Positions 20,103 through 30,508 of a DNA stretch of 64,000 nucleotides are shown here, in pieces. A program made the position numbers and the translations under genes. The stretch spans positions 1 to 64,000 of the IMG/VR virus record IMGVR_UViG_3300029984_000001. One strand, written 5' to 3'. How positions within the stretch are numbered: position 1 is the stretch's first letter; every line of letters starts with the position of its first letter. Below the pieces are notes generated by a model. That model ran no database searches. It saw only the letters and a list, made by a program, of their open reading frames with translations, and was not told the origin of the DNA.

Positions 20103-20894
20103 ATGAAATCATATGAAGAACAATATTTAGAACTATCAGAAAACATTTTAAAAGATGGATATTATGATAATAATAGAACTGGGGTCTCTACATATAAATT
20201 ACCACATCAAATTATACAAGTTAATTTAGAAAATGAATTTCCTATATTAACATCTAAATTCGTTGCATTTAAAACTGCTGTTAAAGAGCTTCTATGGATT
20301 TTTAAAGATCAATCTAATATAGTACAAGAACTAAAAGATCAAAATGTTAATATATGGAATGAGTGGGAAATGGAAGATGGTACTATAGGAGAAAGTTATG
20401 GATGGATTGTTAAGAAATATAATCAAATAGATACACTTATAGATGCTTTAAAAAATAATCCACAAGATAGAAGAATGATGATAAATTTATGGCAAATACC
20501 ACACTTAGATAAAGGTGCTCTATATCCATGCTGTTTCCAAACCTTATGGGATGTTACTGATGGAAGATTAAACTGTATGCTAATACAACGTAGTGCAGAT
20601 ACACCATTAGGTTTACCATTTAACACAACTCAATATGCTGTACTTGTACATATGTTAGCTCAAGTAACAGGTCTAAAAGTTGGATTGTTTACTCACGTAA
20701 TAAATAATGCTCACATTTATGAAAATCAAATAGATGGAATGAATGAGCAATTATCTAGAAAGAATGATTTATATAATAGTCCTACATTTTGGATAAATCC
20801 AGAAATAAAAGATTTTTATGATTTTACATCAGACGATGTAAAACTTATAGATTATAAACATCATAGTGCAATAAAAATGCCAGTATCAGTATAA
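20103..20894 (+). CDS. thyA: Thymidylate synthase ThyA
   Basis: GAGGA RBS before ATG 20103; NRTGV, ELLWIF, LYPCCF (catalytic Cys), QRSAD..LGLPFN, HIYENQ. Confidence 0.97.
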   Translation: MKSYEEQYLELSENILKDGYYDNNRTGVSTYKLPHQIIQVNLENEFPILTSKFVAFKTAVKELLWIFKDQSNIVQELKDQNVNIWNEWEMEDGTIGESYGWIVKKYNQIDTLIDALKNNPQDRRMMINLWQIPHLDKGALYPCCFQTLWDVTDGRLNCMLIQRSADTPLGLPFNTTQYAVLVHMLAQVTGLKVGLFTHVINNAHIYENQIDGMNEQLSRKNDLYNSPTFWINPEIKDFYDFTSDDVKLIDYKHHSAIKMPVSV

Positions 20895-20912
20895 AGAAAG
20901 AGGTGTAAAATT

Positions 20913-21368
20913 TTGATAAGAATTGTAGAGGATTCTATATTCAATGCAAAGGAAAATATAATTTGCCATCAAGTAAATACGCAAGCAAAAATGGGTAGTG
21001 GGTTGGCATTAGAAATGAAAGATAGGTATCCAGTGGTGTATAATGATTATATGAGACTATGTGAAAAGCATTATAAAGAGAATAAACCATTATTAGGTAT
21101 ATGTCAATTAGTATCTGTTAATAATACTAAATTTGTAGCTAATTTATTTGGTTAAGATTTTTATGGTAATGATAAAAAATATACTAATTATAATGCATTA
21201 ATAAGAGGTTTTACAAGATTATTTCTAAATGCTAATTGTGATATAGCAATACCTTATCTAATTGGATGTGATAATGGTGGAGGAGATTGGAAGAAGCTAT
21301 ATAATATAATTGAAATATTAGCAGAGGATTTTCCATATAATGTAGTAATATATAAATACCATCCATAA
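20913..21368 (+). pseudogene. Macro domain (Poa1p/DarG-like ADP-ribose hydrolase) with an internal TAA at 21153-21155
   Basis: ICHQVN...MGSGLA; reading through TAA (expected Gln in ANLFGQ) continues in frame DFYGNDKKYTNY..IAIPYLIGCDNGGGDW to stop 21366-21368, 151 codons. Confidence 0.88.
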
Positions 21369-21372
21369 ATAC

Positions 21373-21398
21373 AATATAAGGGATTAATCCCTTATATT
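21373..21398. terminator. 26-bp perfect palindrome, probable terminator of the MTase-thyA-macro operon
   Basis: AATATAAGGGATTAATCCCTTATATT. Confidence 0.65.
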
Positions 21399-21567
21399 TC
21401 ATAAACTGGTTAAATATAATAAAAAATAATTACGTAATTCACATTAATTTAAAAGAAATAAATCCATAATTAGATTCGTAATTATAAATAAGAACTAATA
21501 ATCGTAGATAACTGATAAGAACAGACAAGAAGGGAGTATCAATATAAAATGTAAATGGGGTATATAA

Positions 21568-21981
21568 ATGAATAAAAATGATTTATTAAAATCCATATCA
21601 GAACAAAACAGAATATTACATAAAGTATCAGAAAACAATACTCATGAAATAAAATCTACAAGTAGATTAAAAACATTATCACTTACATTAAAAGTAGAAG
21701 AAACAAGATTACCTAAACCTAATGGAGTAATGCCTATAATAAAAACATTACAAAATATATCAGAAGAACTATATATAAGTACTAAAGAATTAGTAAATAA
21801 GGATAGATATAATCTAAGAAGAGTAACTAAAGAAATACAAGATTACTCATTAGAGATGGTAGAATTAATACAATCTTATAATAATTACATAAGATTTATC
21901 ATGGATAATGATATGAAGATTGAAAAAACAATAGATGAATTTACAGAAGAAGATATAAAAGAATGGTCTAAACCCAAATAA
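21568..21981 (+). CDS. Hypothetical helical protein
   Basis: 137-aa ORF with GGGG RBS and a downstream hairpin. Confidence 0.6.
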   Translation: MNKNDLLKSISEQNRILHKVSENNTHEIKSTSRLKTLSLTLKVEETRLPKPNGVMPIIKTLQNISEELYISTKELVNKDRYNLRRVTKEIQDYSLEMVELIQSYNNYIRFIMDNDMKIEKTIDEFTEEDIKEWSKPK

Positions 21982-22032
21982 CTATATAAAGGAGTATTTA
22001 ACTCCTTTATATTTTATATCAAATTTATTTAT

Positions 22033-22045
22033 AATTGTATATTAT
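22033..22045 (+). promoter_or_regulatory. Early-type promoter motif
   Basis: AATTGTATATTAT upstream of the 22104 operon. Confidence 0.6.
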
Positions 22046-22103
22046 AGTATTGTAAACAGTATATTGTATATAAATAAATTATAATGAAGAGGAGACGATT
22101 AAA

Positions 22104-22706
22104 ATGACAGTAATTTTAGGAGTAGTAGACAAGAGAAGCAAAACGGTACATATCATGGGTGATTCAATGGTTAGTAGAGGCGAAAGTATTGCATATGAAA
22201 TTAATAAAATTTGGACTTCTAATGATTTTGTAATTGGAAGTGCTGGTTCATTAACTATGATACAATCATTAAAAAGACAATTACATTTTCCATCACAAAA
22301 AGATATTGAAGATAATAATTTGACTATTGATATTGATTTTATGGTAAATCAATTATGTCCAGCAATCAAACAATTAGTCAAAAATAATAATTTATCTGAA
22401 AATGATTTAGCTGATATTCTAGTAGGATATAAAGAAGACTTATATTACATAACATCATATTTTAACGTAATAAAAATAAGAGAGTATCAATCTATAGGTT
22501 CTGGTTGTACAAGAGCAGAAGCAGCATTTCAAAATTCAAATATACAAGATATAGAAAAAGCATTATTCCATTCAATATTATATGCTACAAAAAATATAAG
22601 ATCTTGTAGTATGCCTGCTTATTGCATAAACACTAAAGATAAACAATTTAAGAAATACGATTCAAATGGACATTGGACATTAAGTAAGGTTGATGAACAA
22701 TGGTAG
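22104..22706 (+). CDS. Proteasome-beta/HslV-like Ntn threonine protease
   Basis: M-T-V-I start (Thr1 after Met removal), GDS, NKI, IGSAGS, SIGSG motifs. Confidence 0.75.
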   Translation: MTVILGVVDKRSKTVHIMGDSMVSRGESIAYEINKIWTSNDFVIGSAGSLTMIQSLKRQLHFPSQKDIEDNNLTIDIDFMVNQLCPAIKQLVKNNNLSENDLADILVGYKEDLYYITSYFNVIKIREYQSIGSGCTRAEAAFQNSNIQDIEKALFHSILYATKNIRSCSMPAYCINTKDKQFKKYDSNGHWTLSKVDEQW

Positions 22707-23284
22707 GCAATTATATATTCTTAGACATAGATGGAGTACTTAGTACCTTTAGATTTATAGATTATCAAGTAAAAAATCATGAATGTGCTCATGAAGATGC
22801 AGACTTAAATTTTGATCCTATATGTATGAAAAACTTAAAACTATTAATGTCATATATGAATAATCCTAAGATATGTATATCTTCATCATGGAGAAATAGT
22901 AATACTGGTTTAAAAGATATAGAATTAAATTTAGAATTATATAATATCATATTTGATAAACTATATGAAACTCCAGACTTAAGTAAATCATCAAGAGCTG
23001 ATGAGATACATAAATTTATAACAGATAATTATATTGATATTAGATTATCTAATATAATTATACTAGATGACGAAGATATTATTGGACATGACTTAGAAAA
23101 GTTTCATATTAAATGTGATGATTATAATGGTTTTAATAAGGAATGTTTAAAAAAAGCTGCTGAATTAATAGATAAAAATAGAAGATTAATTAAATCAAAT
23201 ATAGAAAAATTAGCACCACCAAAACCTAAAGCACCAGAACCAAAAGCTATTAAAGAAAGTATATTTAAATTAAAATGGAGGTAG
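22700..23284 (+). CDS. HAD-superfamily phosphatase (HAD_SAK_2-like)
   Basis: IFLDIDGVL, ISSSWR, IILDD. Confidence 0.85.
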   Translation: MVGNYIFLDIDGVLSTFRFIDYQVKNHECAHEDADLNFDPICMKNLKLLMSYMNNPKICISSSWRNSNTGLKDIELNLELYNIIFDKLYETPDLSKSSRADEIHKFITDNYIDIRLSNIIILDDEDIIGHDLEKFHIKCDDYNGFNKECLKKAAELIDKNRRLIKSNIEKLAPPKPKAPEPKAIKESIFKLKWR

Positions 23285-23290
23285 ATTATA

Positions 23291-23605
23291 ATGACATTTT
23301 ATGAATTTGGAATTAAAGATTTAGTAAGTAAAGGTATGTTTGATATTCAAGCAACAGAAGTTATGAATAGAGTAGTTATAGATAGTAAAAATAAAGATAG
23401 TGCTAATAATGCAATGAATGGTAGATGGGATGATAAAGTCGAAGATTATCCACCTACAATGTCAGTGGTATTATCTATAGCAATAGAACCAATCGCATTA
23501 GAATGGATAAAAGATACATTACCTGAAGCTTGGTTCAGACCAATGTTTGATAAAGATCATCCTGTAAGAAAACAATTCGAAGAAAATAAGAAGGGGGACA
23601 AATAA
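23291..23605 (+). CDS. Hypothetical protein
   Basis: GGAGG RBS. Confidence 0.65.
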   Translation: MTFYEFGIKDLVSKGMFDIQATEVMNRVVIDSKNKDSANNAMNGRWDDKVEDYPPTMSVVLSIAIEPIALEWIKDTLPEAWFRPMFDKDHPVRKQFEENKKGDK

Positions 23606-23606
23606 T

Positions 23607-24692
23607 ATGTCAGAAGTAAAACAAGTTATGAATCCTGTAGTTAGATATCAATTAGAAGATAGAGAAAACTCAGAATTTTTAACAGATGTAGGTACACCTA
23701 AAGATATATATGAACAATTGTTTACCGAAGAAGAGATAAAAGATCTAAGTTTATCATATTTGTCAATGGACGATGCTATGAGTATTGCAGTTGAAAAGAA
23801 GAATGTAAAATTTATACCTATTCATGAAATAGAAACATGTATTCATGGAAGTACTAGTAATTTATATAATTTCACTTCAACTGAGGTTACTCTAAATAGT
23901 CCAACAAGTGTAAATACAACTAATATATCACCTTTACATATAAATGGTCAATTGATTACTCATATAGAATTCATTGGACCTGATTTAATTACAACACATA
24001 AATATTTCTACAATACTGGAGATGAGTATACACCTAGTGGGTTAGATATATCATTCATACCTAACTGGTATAATTTGGTTGTTAAAGAAAAATTTATCCC
24101 AGAAGACAAAGGTCATATTCAATATGATATTAATGATCGAATAATGAAAATAATATTGGATGGAAAAGAATACGTAGTTCAATATATTATGCATGGAATT
24201 AGAATATTAGATGAATGTAGAGAGATACTTTCTATATCTAAAAGAATATCTAATGAAGATATGTATATTCATTTAAAAGTATTTCTAAAGAATATACAAG
24301 AAAATAATATAGTTGAAGATGAACCTGATCCACAAATAACTAATATACCTTTAATATGTCTTGATGATATGAATGATATAGACTCATCTGTTATAAATTC
24401 AGCTATAAAATTATATTCAGAAAATCGTAATAAATTATGTACTTTTAATAGTAGATATATTTCTGATAACAGAGGCTTTGCTAGTCTAGAAAATAACAGA
24501 ATATTATGTGATATAAATTCATATCATTTTCATAAAGATCAATCTGATGAAGATAATATGATTACTATTACTTTAGAAGATGCTAATAAATTGAATTTTG
24601 ATATAACAGCTTATTCTGCTTATTTTAAATTGAAAAATACAAACGATTCAAAAAAATGGATTGAAGCTATATTCTTGTTAGAGAATAATTAA
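23607..24692 (+). CDS. Hypothetical protein
   Basis: 361-aa ORF with AAGGGGG RBS. Confidence 0.7.
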   Translation: MSEVKQVMNPVVRYQLEDRENSEFLTDVGTPKDIYEQLFTEEEIKDLSLSYLSMDDAMSIAVEKKNVKFIPIHEIETCIHGSTSNLYNFTSTEVTLNSPTSVNTTNISPLHINGQLITHIEFIGPDLITTHKYFYNTGDEYTPSGLDISFIPNWYNLVVKEKFIPEDKGHIQYDINDRIMKIILDGKEYVVQYIMHGIRILDECREILSISKRISNEDMYIHLKVFLKNIQENNIVEDEPDPQITNIPLICLDDMNDIDSSVINSAIKLYSENRNKLCTFNSRYISDNRGFASLENNRILCDINSYHFHKDQSDEDNMITITLEDANKLNFDITAYSAYFKLKNTNDSKKWIEAIFLLENN

Positions 24693-24707
24693 TTGGAGGA
24701 ATGAATT

Positions 24708-24881
24708 ATGAAAAATTTAAATAAAGACAACTTATCATTTTTAGCTGGAGGTATTTTATTAGGGCTAGCTATATCGAAAGGTATTGAAAAAGTCAAAGAG
24801 ATGATTGTTAAAGAGAAAATAGAAGAGGTTAAAGAAGATTTAGATAAATTAGAAAAGCATATAGAAGAAGTAACAAACTAA
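24708..24881 (+). CDS. Small membrane-anchored coiled-coil protein (not in ORF track)
   Basis: GGAGG RBS; MKNLNKDNLSFLAGGILLGLAISKGIEKVKEMIVKEKIEEVKEDLDKLEKHIEEVTN*. Confidence 0.7.
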   Translation: MKNLNKDNLSFLAGGILLGLAISKGIEKVKEMIVKEKIEEVKEDLDKLEKHIEEVTN

Positions 24882-24932
24882 ATATAAAAGAGGACTCTTT
24901 TGTCCTCTTTATTTTTTGAGGAGGAATTTAAT

Positions 24933-25829
24933 ATGAATATTATAAATAAAATAAAAGGTATGTTTAAAAAGGAAAATAATAAGGAAGGTGAAGTTTATTC
25001 TGAAATTATATATATGAACGATCATATATATAATATATCTACAGCTTTAGGGATGGATATAAAATCTACATATGAAGACAGAGTCCAATATATGATCAAT
25101 AATATAAAAGATGAATCTTTATTTTATTTGTCCAATATCATAATGTATGTAAAAGCTTCTTATAATAATACTAATCTTTTAGAATTCATACCATTATGTA
25201 GTAATATGAAATATATATCAGCACAAGCTATAGATATAGAAAAAGGGGAAATTCACTTTTTAATGTGCGGAGATATTTCTCATTATAAAAATTTATTTAG
25301 AAATTCCGATAATGTGAATAATAAAATATTATTATCTGTAAAAGAACAATTATATCAAGTAGAATCAGTTTATTTTAATGACTTTATAAAAGATGGATTA
25401 ATGAAATATGATTCGTTCTTAAATTATAACCCTACAGAAAAAATAAACATGACATTTAGACAAAATGGGTTTACTATCTTAGATATAGACAACTATGATA
25501 AGATTCAATATATATTGAGACAAAAAGAAATATTTAAAGATATACAATTCAGATCAATATTAGACCTACTAACCATAACATTCAAAAGTCAATCTGAGGT
25601 TCTTAATATTCCTTATAAGGAGATATATAAAGAGTTTAATGAAGATCTACTTGATACTATTAAGGATAGTGTTTTAGATTATATTAATCATCCTGATAAT
25701 AGCACAAGGGAGACTATAGAAACAATATTACAACCATCATATAAAAAAATGATAGAATATGCTGATAAAAATGTAGAGCAAAAAGAATTTTATGAAGATG
25801 TAGATGAAGTAGTAAACTATATAGATTAA
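24933..25829 (+). CDS. Hypothetical protein
   Basis: GAGGAGG RBS before ATG 24933. Confidence 0.7.
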   Translation: MNIINKIKGMFKKENNKEGEVYSEIIYMNDHIYNISTALGMDIKSTYEDRVQYMINNIKDESLFYLSNIIMYVKASYNNTNLLEFIPLCSNMKYISAQAIDIEKGEIHFLMCGDISHYKNLFRNSDNVNNKILLSVKEQLYQVESVYFNDFIKDGLMKYDSFLNYNPTEKINMTFRQNGFTILDIDNYDKIQYILRQKEIFKDIQFRSILDLLTITFKSQSEVLNIPYKEIYKEFNEDLLDTIKDSVLDYINHPDNSTRETIETILQPSYKKMIEYADKNVEQKEFYEDVDEVVNYID

Positions 25830-25877
25830 AATATAAATATAATTGTATATTATAATAATGTAAAGGAGAACCATAAT

Positions 25878-26174
25878 ATGAAAAAGTTTATGAATAGAGA
25901 ACCAAATATAATAAAGGAGGATATATTAACAAATTTAGAATTAAGAAAAAACATAATAAGTTTAAATGAAATTAAACCTGTTGAAATACCATTAAATTCT
26001 ATTAATAGTGAATATATTGGGTCTGATTTTTATAATATAATGTCACTACTAGGTCCATATATTAAACTCATGATAAATACTAACAATATAACAAAAGAAA
26101 CTTTATTGGAATTAAAAGATACTGGAAAATTAACTCAATATGATTATGATAAATTAATTTATTATGTAAAATAA
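25878..26174 (+). CDS. Hypothetical protein
   Basis: Early motif at 25841-25853 and AAGGAG RBS. Confidence 0.65.
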   Translation: MKKFMNREPNIIKEDILTNLELRKNIISLNEIKPVEIPLNSINSEYIGSDFYNIMSLLGPYIKLMINTNNITKETLLELKDTGKLTQYDYDKLIYYVK

Positions 26175-26191
26175 ATTTATGGGGGATTTAT

Positions 26192-26437
26192 ATGAATAAA
26201 CGGTTAAATAATTTAAAGGTTTTTAGGTCCTGTATAGGAGTTTGGTTTATAGCAGGATGTATCGCATTGATTATGGTTATTATAATATCAATAATAAGTA
26301 AACCTACCATAAACAGAGGTTTAATTAAATTTTACAGTCTATACATAGCAAATATAATATTTGCATCTCTATCACTTATACTTATAAATAAAAAGATACA
26401 TAATTTTTATAAAAATTTATTTAAGGAGGTAAGTTAA
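26192..26437 (+). CDS. Small membrane protein with two hydrophobic segments
   Basis: CIGVWFIAGCIALIMVIIISII and YIANIIFASLSLILI. Confidence 0.65.
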   Translation: MNKRLNNLKVFRSCIGVWFIAGCIALIMVIIISIISKPTINRGLIKFYSLYIANIIFASLSLILINKKIHNFYKNLFKEVS

Positions 26438-26439
26438 GG

Positions 26440-27216
26440 TTGGATTATATTTACTTATATCACAACTTTATACAAGAAGTTTTTACATATCTGAAGAAAA
26501 CCATATTAGTAGACTTTCCATCAATGAAATTGGATATTAATTATGATACGGTGTTTGAAAGTAAATATGCTGGTAATATATTTAATAAAATAACAGTTTA
26601 TATGGGAGTAAGAATGAAAGACCAAAACTTTTATAATGTAATATATATGAAGAATCAAATATTATATAGTCTATTTCATGAATCCATACATCAATTAGAA
26701 TTTACAGATCCTCAAAGATATGTAAGTGATAGAAAATATAAAATGAATGTGGAACGAAATGTTGACTATACCACGATGCATTATATAAATGATAACAATC
26801 TAGAATTACAAAGAATATTTAATATAATAGTGTATGAATATAATATTGATACTTTATCTAATCATTATGATAAAGGTGGAGTGATTATCAATAGAAACAA
26901 TATTGATATGAAGTATTTTAATAAGCTTATTAACAAATTTATAGATATATCTAATATTCAAATATATAACATGTTTATGAAATACGGTAGGATAAGGATA
27001 CATTTTGTATTAAATAATGAATCTCTAGTAGATCAATATACAATTAGAGATGACTTTGTATTGGATTTTGAAAAAATGAATACTATTATGGTCAAATATA
27101 TGTATCAGGGTTATGTGCAAAGAATATACAGAGGCACATTATTAGAAAAGAAAGATGAAGTTATATTTAGTATATTCATGAATAATGATAATATAAAATT
27201 TATGGAAAGAGGTTGA
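26440..27216 (+). CDS. Putative zinc metallopeptidase-like protein (HExxH)
   Basis: SLFHESIHQLE; TTG start with AAGGAGG RBS. Confidence 0.55.
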   Translation: MDYIYLYHNFIQEVFTYLKKTILVDFPSMKLDINYDTVFESKYAGNIFNKITVYMGVRMKDQNFYNVIYMKNQILYSLFHESIHQLEFTDPQRYVSDRKYKMNVERNVDYTTMHYINDNNLELQRIFNIIVYEYNIDTLSNHYDKGGVIINRNNIDMKYFNKLINKFIDISNIQIYNMFMKYGRIRIHFVLNNESLVDQYTIRDDFVLDFEKMNTIMVKYMYQGYVQRIYRGTLLEKKDEVIFSIFMNNDNIKFMERG

Positions 27217-27575
27217 TTAAAATGAAATTTTTAGAATGGAGTGAAAAGGTAAAAATTGATATTAAAAAAGAAATAAGATTAATGTTTATAAGTAATAATA
27301 TGGGATATTATTTAGAGAATGAATTAGATATGATAATGACGTCTAATATATATTCTATACATTCTAGTTGTTTATTTGGAATAAAAGAAAGTGATATTGG
27401 TGTACAAATATCCATCCCAGAGATAAAGAATATAAGAATAATAAAAGATTATGTTCAAAATTATATAATATCAGAATTGATACTTATAGATATTCCTATA
27501 ACTACTATTGAGCTTAGAGAATTAACTAAAAATATAAGAGTAATAATAGAAAAAACAAATTTAGAATTAATTTAA
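27213..27575 (+). CDS. Hypothetical protein
   Basis: Overlaps the previous stop; GAGG RBS. Confidence 0.6.
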   Translation: MIKMKFLEWSEKVKIDIKKEIRLMFISNNMGYYLENELDMIMTSNIYSIHSSCLFGIKESDIGVQISIPEIKNIRIIKDYVQNYIISELILIDIPITTIELRELTKNIRVIIEKTNLELI

Positions 27576-27580
27576 TAGTA

Positions 27581-27610
27581 AAGAGAGGATTAGTTTCCTC
27601 TCTTTATTTT
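27581..27610 (+). repeat. 30-bp direct repeat copy 1 (terminator hairpin)
   Basis: AAGAGAGGATTAGTTTCCTCTCTTTATTTT, identical to 28608-28637. Confidence 0.9.
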
Positions 27611-27623
27611 AAAGGAGATTATT

Positions 27624-28620
27624 ATGATAAAAATTGATGAAAAACACACTAGTTTAGATTATATGAAATTTATATATAATATTATAACTACATTTAAAAT
27701 GAATGATAAATCTATAAAACATTTTAGAATAAATGTTCAGTTAGGTGAAGATGTAGATATGAGAGTATCTTATGTATATGGAGATTATATGTTATTTGAT
27801 GTGATAGATATAATAATAGATAAGGATATAAATAAACTTGTAGAAAATATAGAAAAATCATCTCCTGATTTTATAAAATTTATAAGTTCTTTAATTAAAG
27901 AACCTACAGTTTTTGATTTATTGATTATTACTATTTTACATGAAATCGGACATTTAAAATTATCATTAAAATTATCTAATAACGACAAATGAGATTATAT
28001 GAACAAGATTAACCATACCTTAGAAGTTTCTATAGAAAATATATTCAATTCATCAGAAAAAAAATATAGATTATTGGTACAGACTATTACCAAAAGAGGT
28101 ATACAGTGATATGTATGCTTATTCTAATTTTATAAAAGTACATAAGATGTTAAATAAAGAAAAAATAGTAGATAGTATAATAGAATTACCACACTTATTA
28201 GAAGACAGATCTGATGTTAATATAGTAAATAAAATAATATCACAAAAATTAAATTTTAATAAATATATTATTACATATGGTAAAGAAAATATAATAAACA
28301 CAAAAGAAAAATCTATTAAGATAAATTTGAAAGGAAATTTAAAATATAAAAAAGAATTAGATAATTTTATAAATAGTTTTGGTAATCAAAAAAGAGTAAT
28401 TCAAAGTCTTATATATAAATTATCAATATTACAAGAATATATATTCCTTGAAAGTGATTTATATTATATTTATAGAAATTTATTAAACAATATTGGAACA
28501 TGTTTTGATTTGGAAGTAATTGATATGAATAGATATGCTGAATTGATGGCAGTAATAAATTTATTTGAGTATATTGATAAAATAAACAAAGTAGATATAT
28601 CTGATTTAAGAGAGGATTAG
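27624..28620 (+). pseudogene. HExxH metallopeptidase gene broken by TGA (27990-27992) and a +1 frameshift in an A8 run (28057-28064)
   Basis: ILHEIGHL in the first ORF; repair gives ..DK*DYMNKINH..SEKNIDYWYRLLPKEVYSDMYAY.. joining the 28111 ORF, with the YRxxPxE..D..A third-ligand pattern; 331 aa repaired. Confidence 0.7.
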
Positions 28621-28637
28621 TTTCCTCTCTTTATTTT
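28608..28637 (+). repeat. 30-bp direct repeat copy 2 (terminator hairpin)
   Basis: Identical to 27581-27610. Confidence 0.9.
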
Positions 28638-29336
28638 TTACATTTAATATAAAATAATTATAGTTATCTGTTTAGAAAATAACAATATAGGTATATACAT
28701 ATCATTTGGTATATGGTTTATATGTTTTCACAGCTATCCCAAATAGGTACTAAAAAGTAGTTGTAACTTTCTATTGTTAGATTCACATAAATGTAAAAGA
28801 TAAAACACAAATAGAAAAGTAAATAGATTAATAAATAAATCATTAGAAAAATATATTATTAGATAATAAAATTCATTATTATAGATACAAATAAATAAGA
28901 AAATCATAAACCACATTTATTAATCAGAATGATTAATAAATAAAATTGAACTTGAATATAGCATAATACAACAGTTCAACTGAAATACAAGCAAAGATAC
29001 TGACTTGGTCTTCAGACCAAGTAAAATGAAGAACGATACTGATATTCCATAGAAAGTTTTAGTATAGATAATAAGAATGAGAAAACAATAACTTATCATA
29101 TTGTATTGGCTTATGACGATTTCAATATAGAAGAATATTTAAATAAAAAGATGAAAACTGAAGGAATAACATCATTTGAGATATCTAGAATAGTATCTAA
29201 CAAAGAACAATAATTATACTATTACGAATAATTGATAAGGGTTTACACTCTTATCTTTTATTTTTTATATATTTAGTATATTATCTATACTTATCAAATA
29301 GATAAGCTGAATAATATATTTATATACATAAGGACA

Positions 29337-29348
29337 AACATTAGATTA
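29337..29348 (+). promoter_or_regulatory. Late-type promoter AACA-N6-TA for nrdD
   Basis: AACAttagatTA upstream of the AAGGGAG RBS. Confidence 0.55.
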
Positions 29349-29379
29349 CAATATATAGAAGAAAAGGGAGATGTGTATT

Positions 29380-30012
29380 ATGAATATTATAAAAAGAGAT
29401 GGAAGAAAAGAAGTAGCAGTATCGCATAAAATAATAAATGCAATGATAATGTCTACTAATGGTCAAAAAGGATATGATCATTATAAATTAACATGTTTGG
29501 GAATGAGTTGTTTAGATGAAATAATAGAAAAGTATGGAAATGATTCTACAATAGAAGTAGACACAATTCATGATGAAGTAATAGATTTTTTAAAGAAAAA
29601 TCATTTATATGAATTAGCAATAAACTATTCTGAATATAGAGATGATAGATCTAAATGTAGGATGAAGAATAGTGAATTAATGAAAATGGTATCAGGTTTA
29701 TCAAAAGAAACTAATCGTGGAAATGCAAATGTGGGTAATAATTTTAGTTCGAAATTATTAATGATTGCATCTGGTGCAAATAAATGTAGTGTACTAGGAG
29801 AAATGCCAAAAGAAATAGCAAGACTTCATGAAGTAGGAGATCTATATTATCACGATTTAGATAGTTTTAACCTTACCACAAATTGTTTACATATACCAGC
29901 AGCTAAGACACTTAGTAAAGGCTTTAACACTGGTTATGGATACATTAAACCTCCCCAAAGGATAGAATCAGCATCAGATTTAATCTGTATACTAATACAA
30001 TCCGTACAGAAT
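29380..30012 (+). CDS. nrdD: Anaerobic ribonucleoside-triphosphate reductase, exon 1 (ATP cone)
   Basis: MNIIKRDGRKE ATP cone; GDLYYHDLD..NCLHIP; ends IQSVQN. Confidence 0.92.
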
Positions 30013-30508
30013 AATTGAATTGTTCCCTCATATGGTAACATATGTTGAATAACCCTGTGAACCTAGATATCTAGGGTGTGTATATAAGTCTAGAGATATA
30101 TGCTAACGGTAGAAGTGAAATAAGATTGATTGCACGACAATTGTAATCCTTTGAGAAATAAGCGAATAAGCTTCGTAAGAGAGCCTGAAGATCCTTTGAT
30201 AACTTCTAAGGATAGCTGGTAATAGCCGTGCTAAATTACATAATTAATATTATGTATAAATGTGAAACGAGTATCTGAAATCTATACACTAAGAGTTGTC
30301 TTAGTTGAAAATAAGGTATTAGAAATAATACACGAAGAAAGTAAGAGTAGGGATAAGTTTAGAGACTTATATGGTATATAATAATTGGTTTTATTATATG
30401 TCACCGAAGTGCAGGGTATCCTATAACAAATACTTATAGGATAATGATATAGTCTAGTCCGATAATTTTAAATTATGTTAAAGTATCACGAAAGTGACGG
30501 TATAATAG
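30013..30508 (+). mobile_element. Group I intron 1 in nrdD (496 nt, no ORF)
   Basis: Splicing joins QSVQN to DQYGGVSIPDLD in frame; exon ends in U with U-G at G30022 (P1 GAAU/GUUC); terminal G30508; ATGATATAGTCT S element; GAAA-capped P9. Confidence 0.9.

Noticed and set aside
21400-21560. Intergenic stretch with an ATTACGTAAT palindrome as a possible operator or CRISPR remnant
   Set aside because: No repeated unit or second copy; short AT palindromes are expected by chance.
24933-25829. Faint ThyX-like resemblance (YEDR..Y; GDISHYKNLFR)
   Set aside because: Lacks the RHRxxSxxxxSxR motif and the GHxSxxEH segment.
21153-27992. Stop-codon reassignment as an explanation for the internal TAA and TGA
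   Set aside because: TAA, TGA and TAG all end ordinary genes here, long genes are open in code 11, and other lesions are frameshifts.
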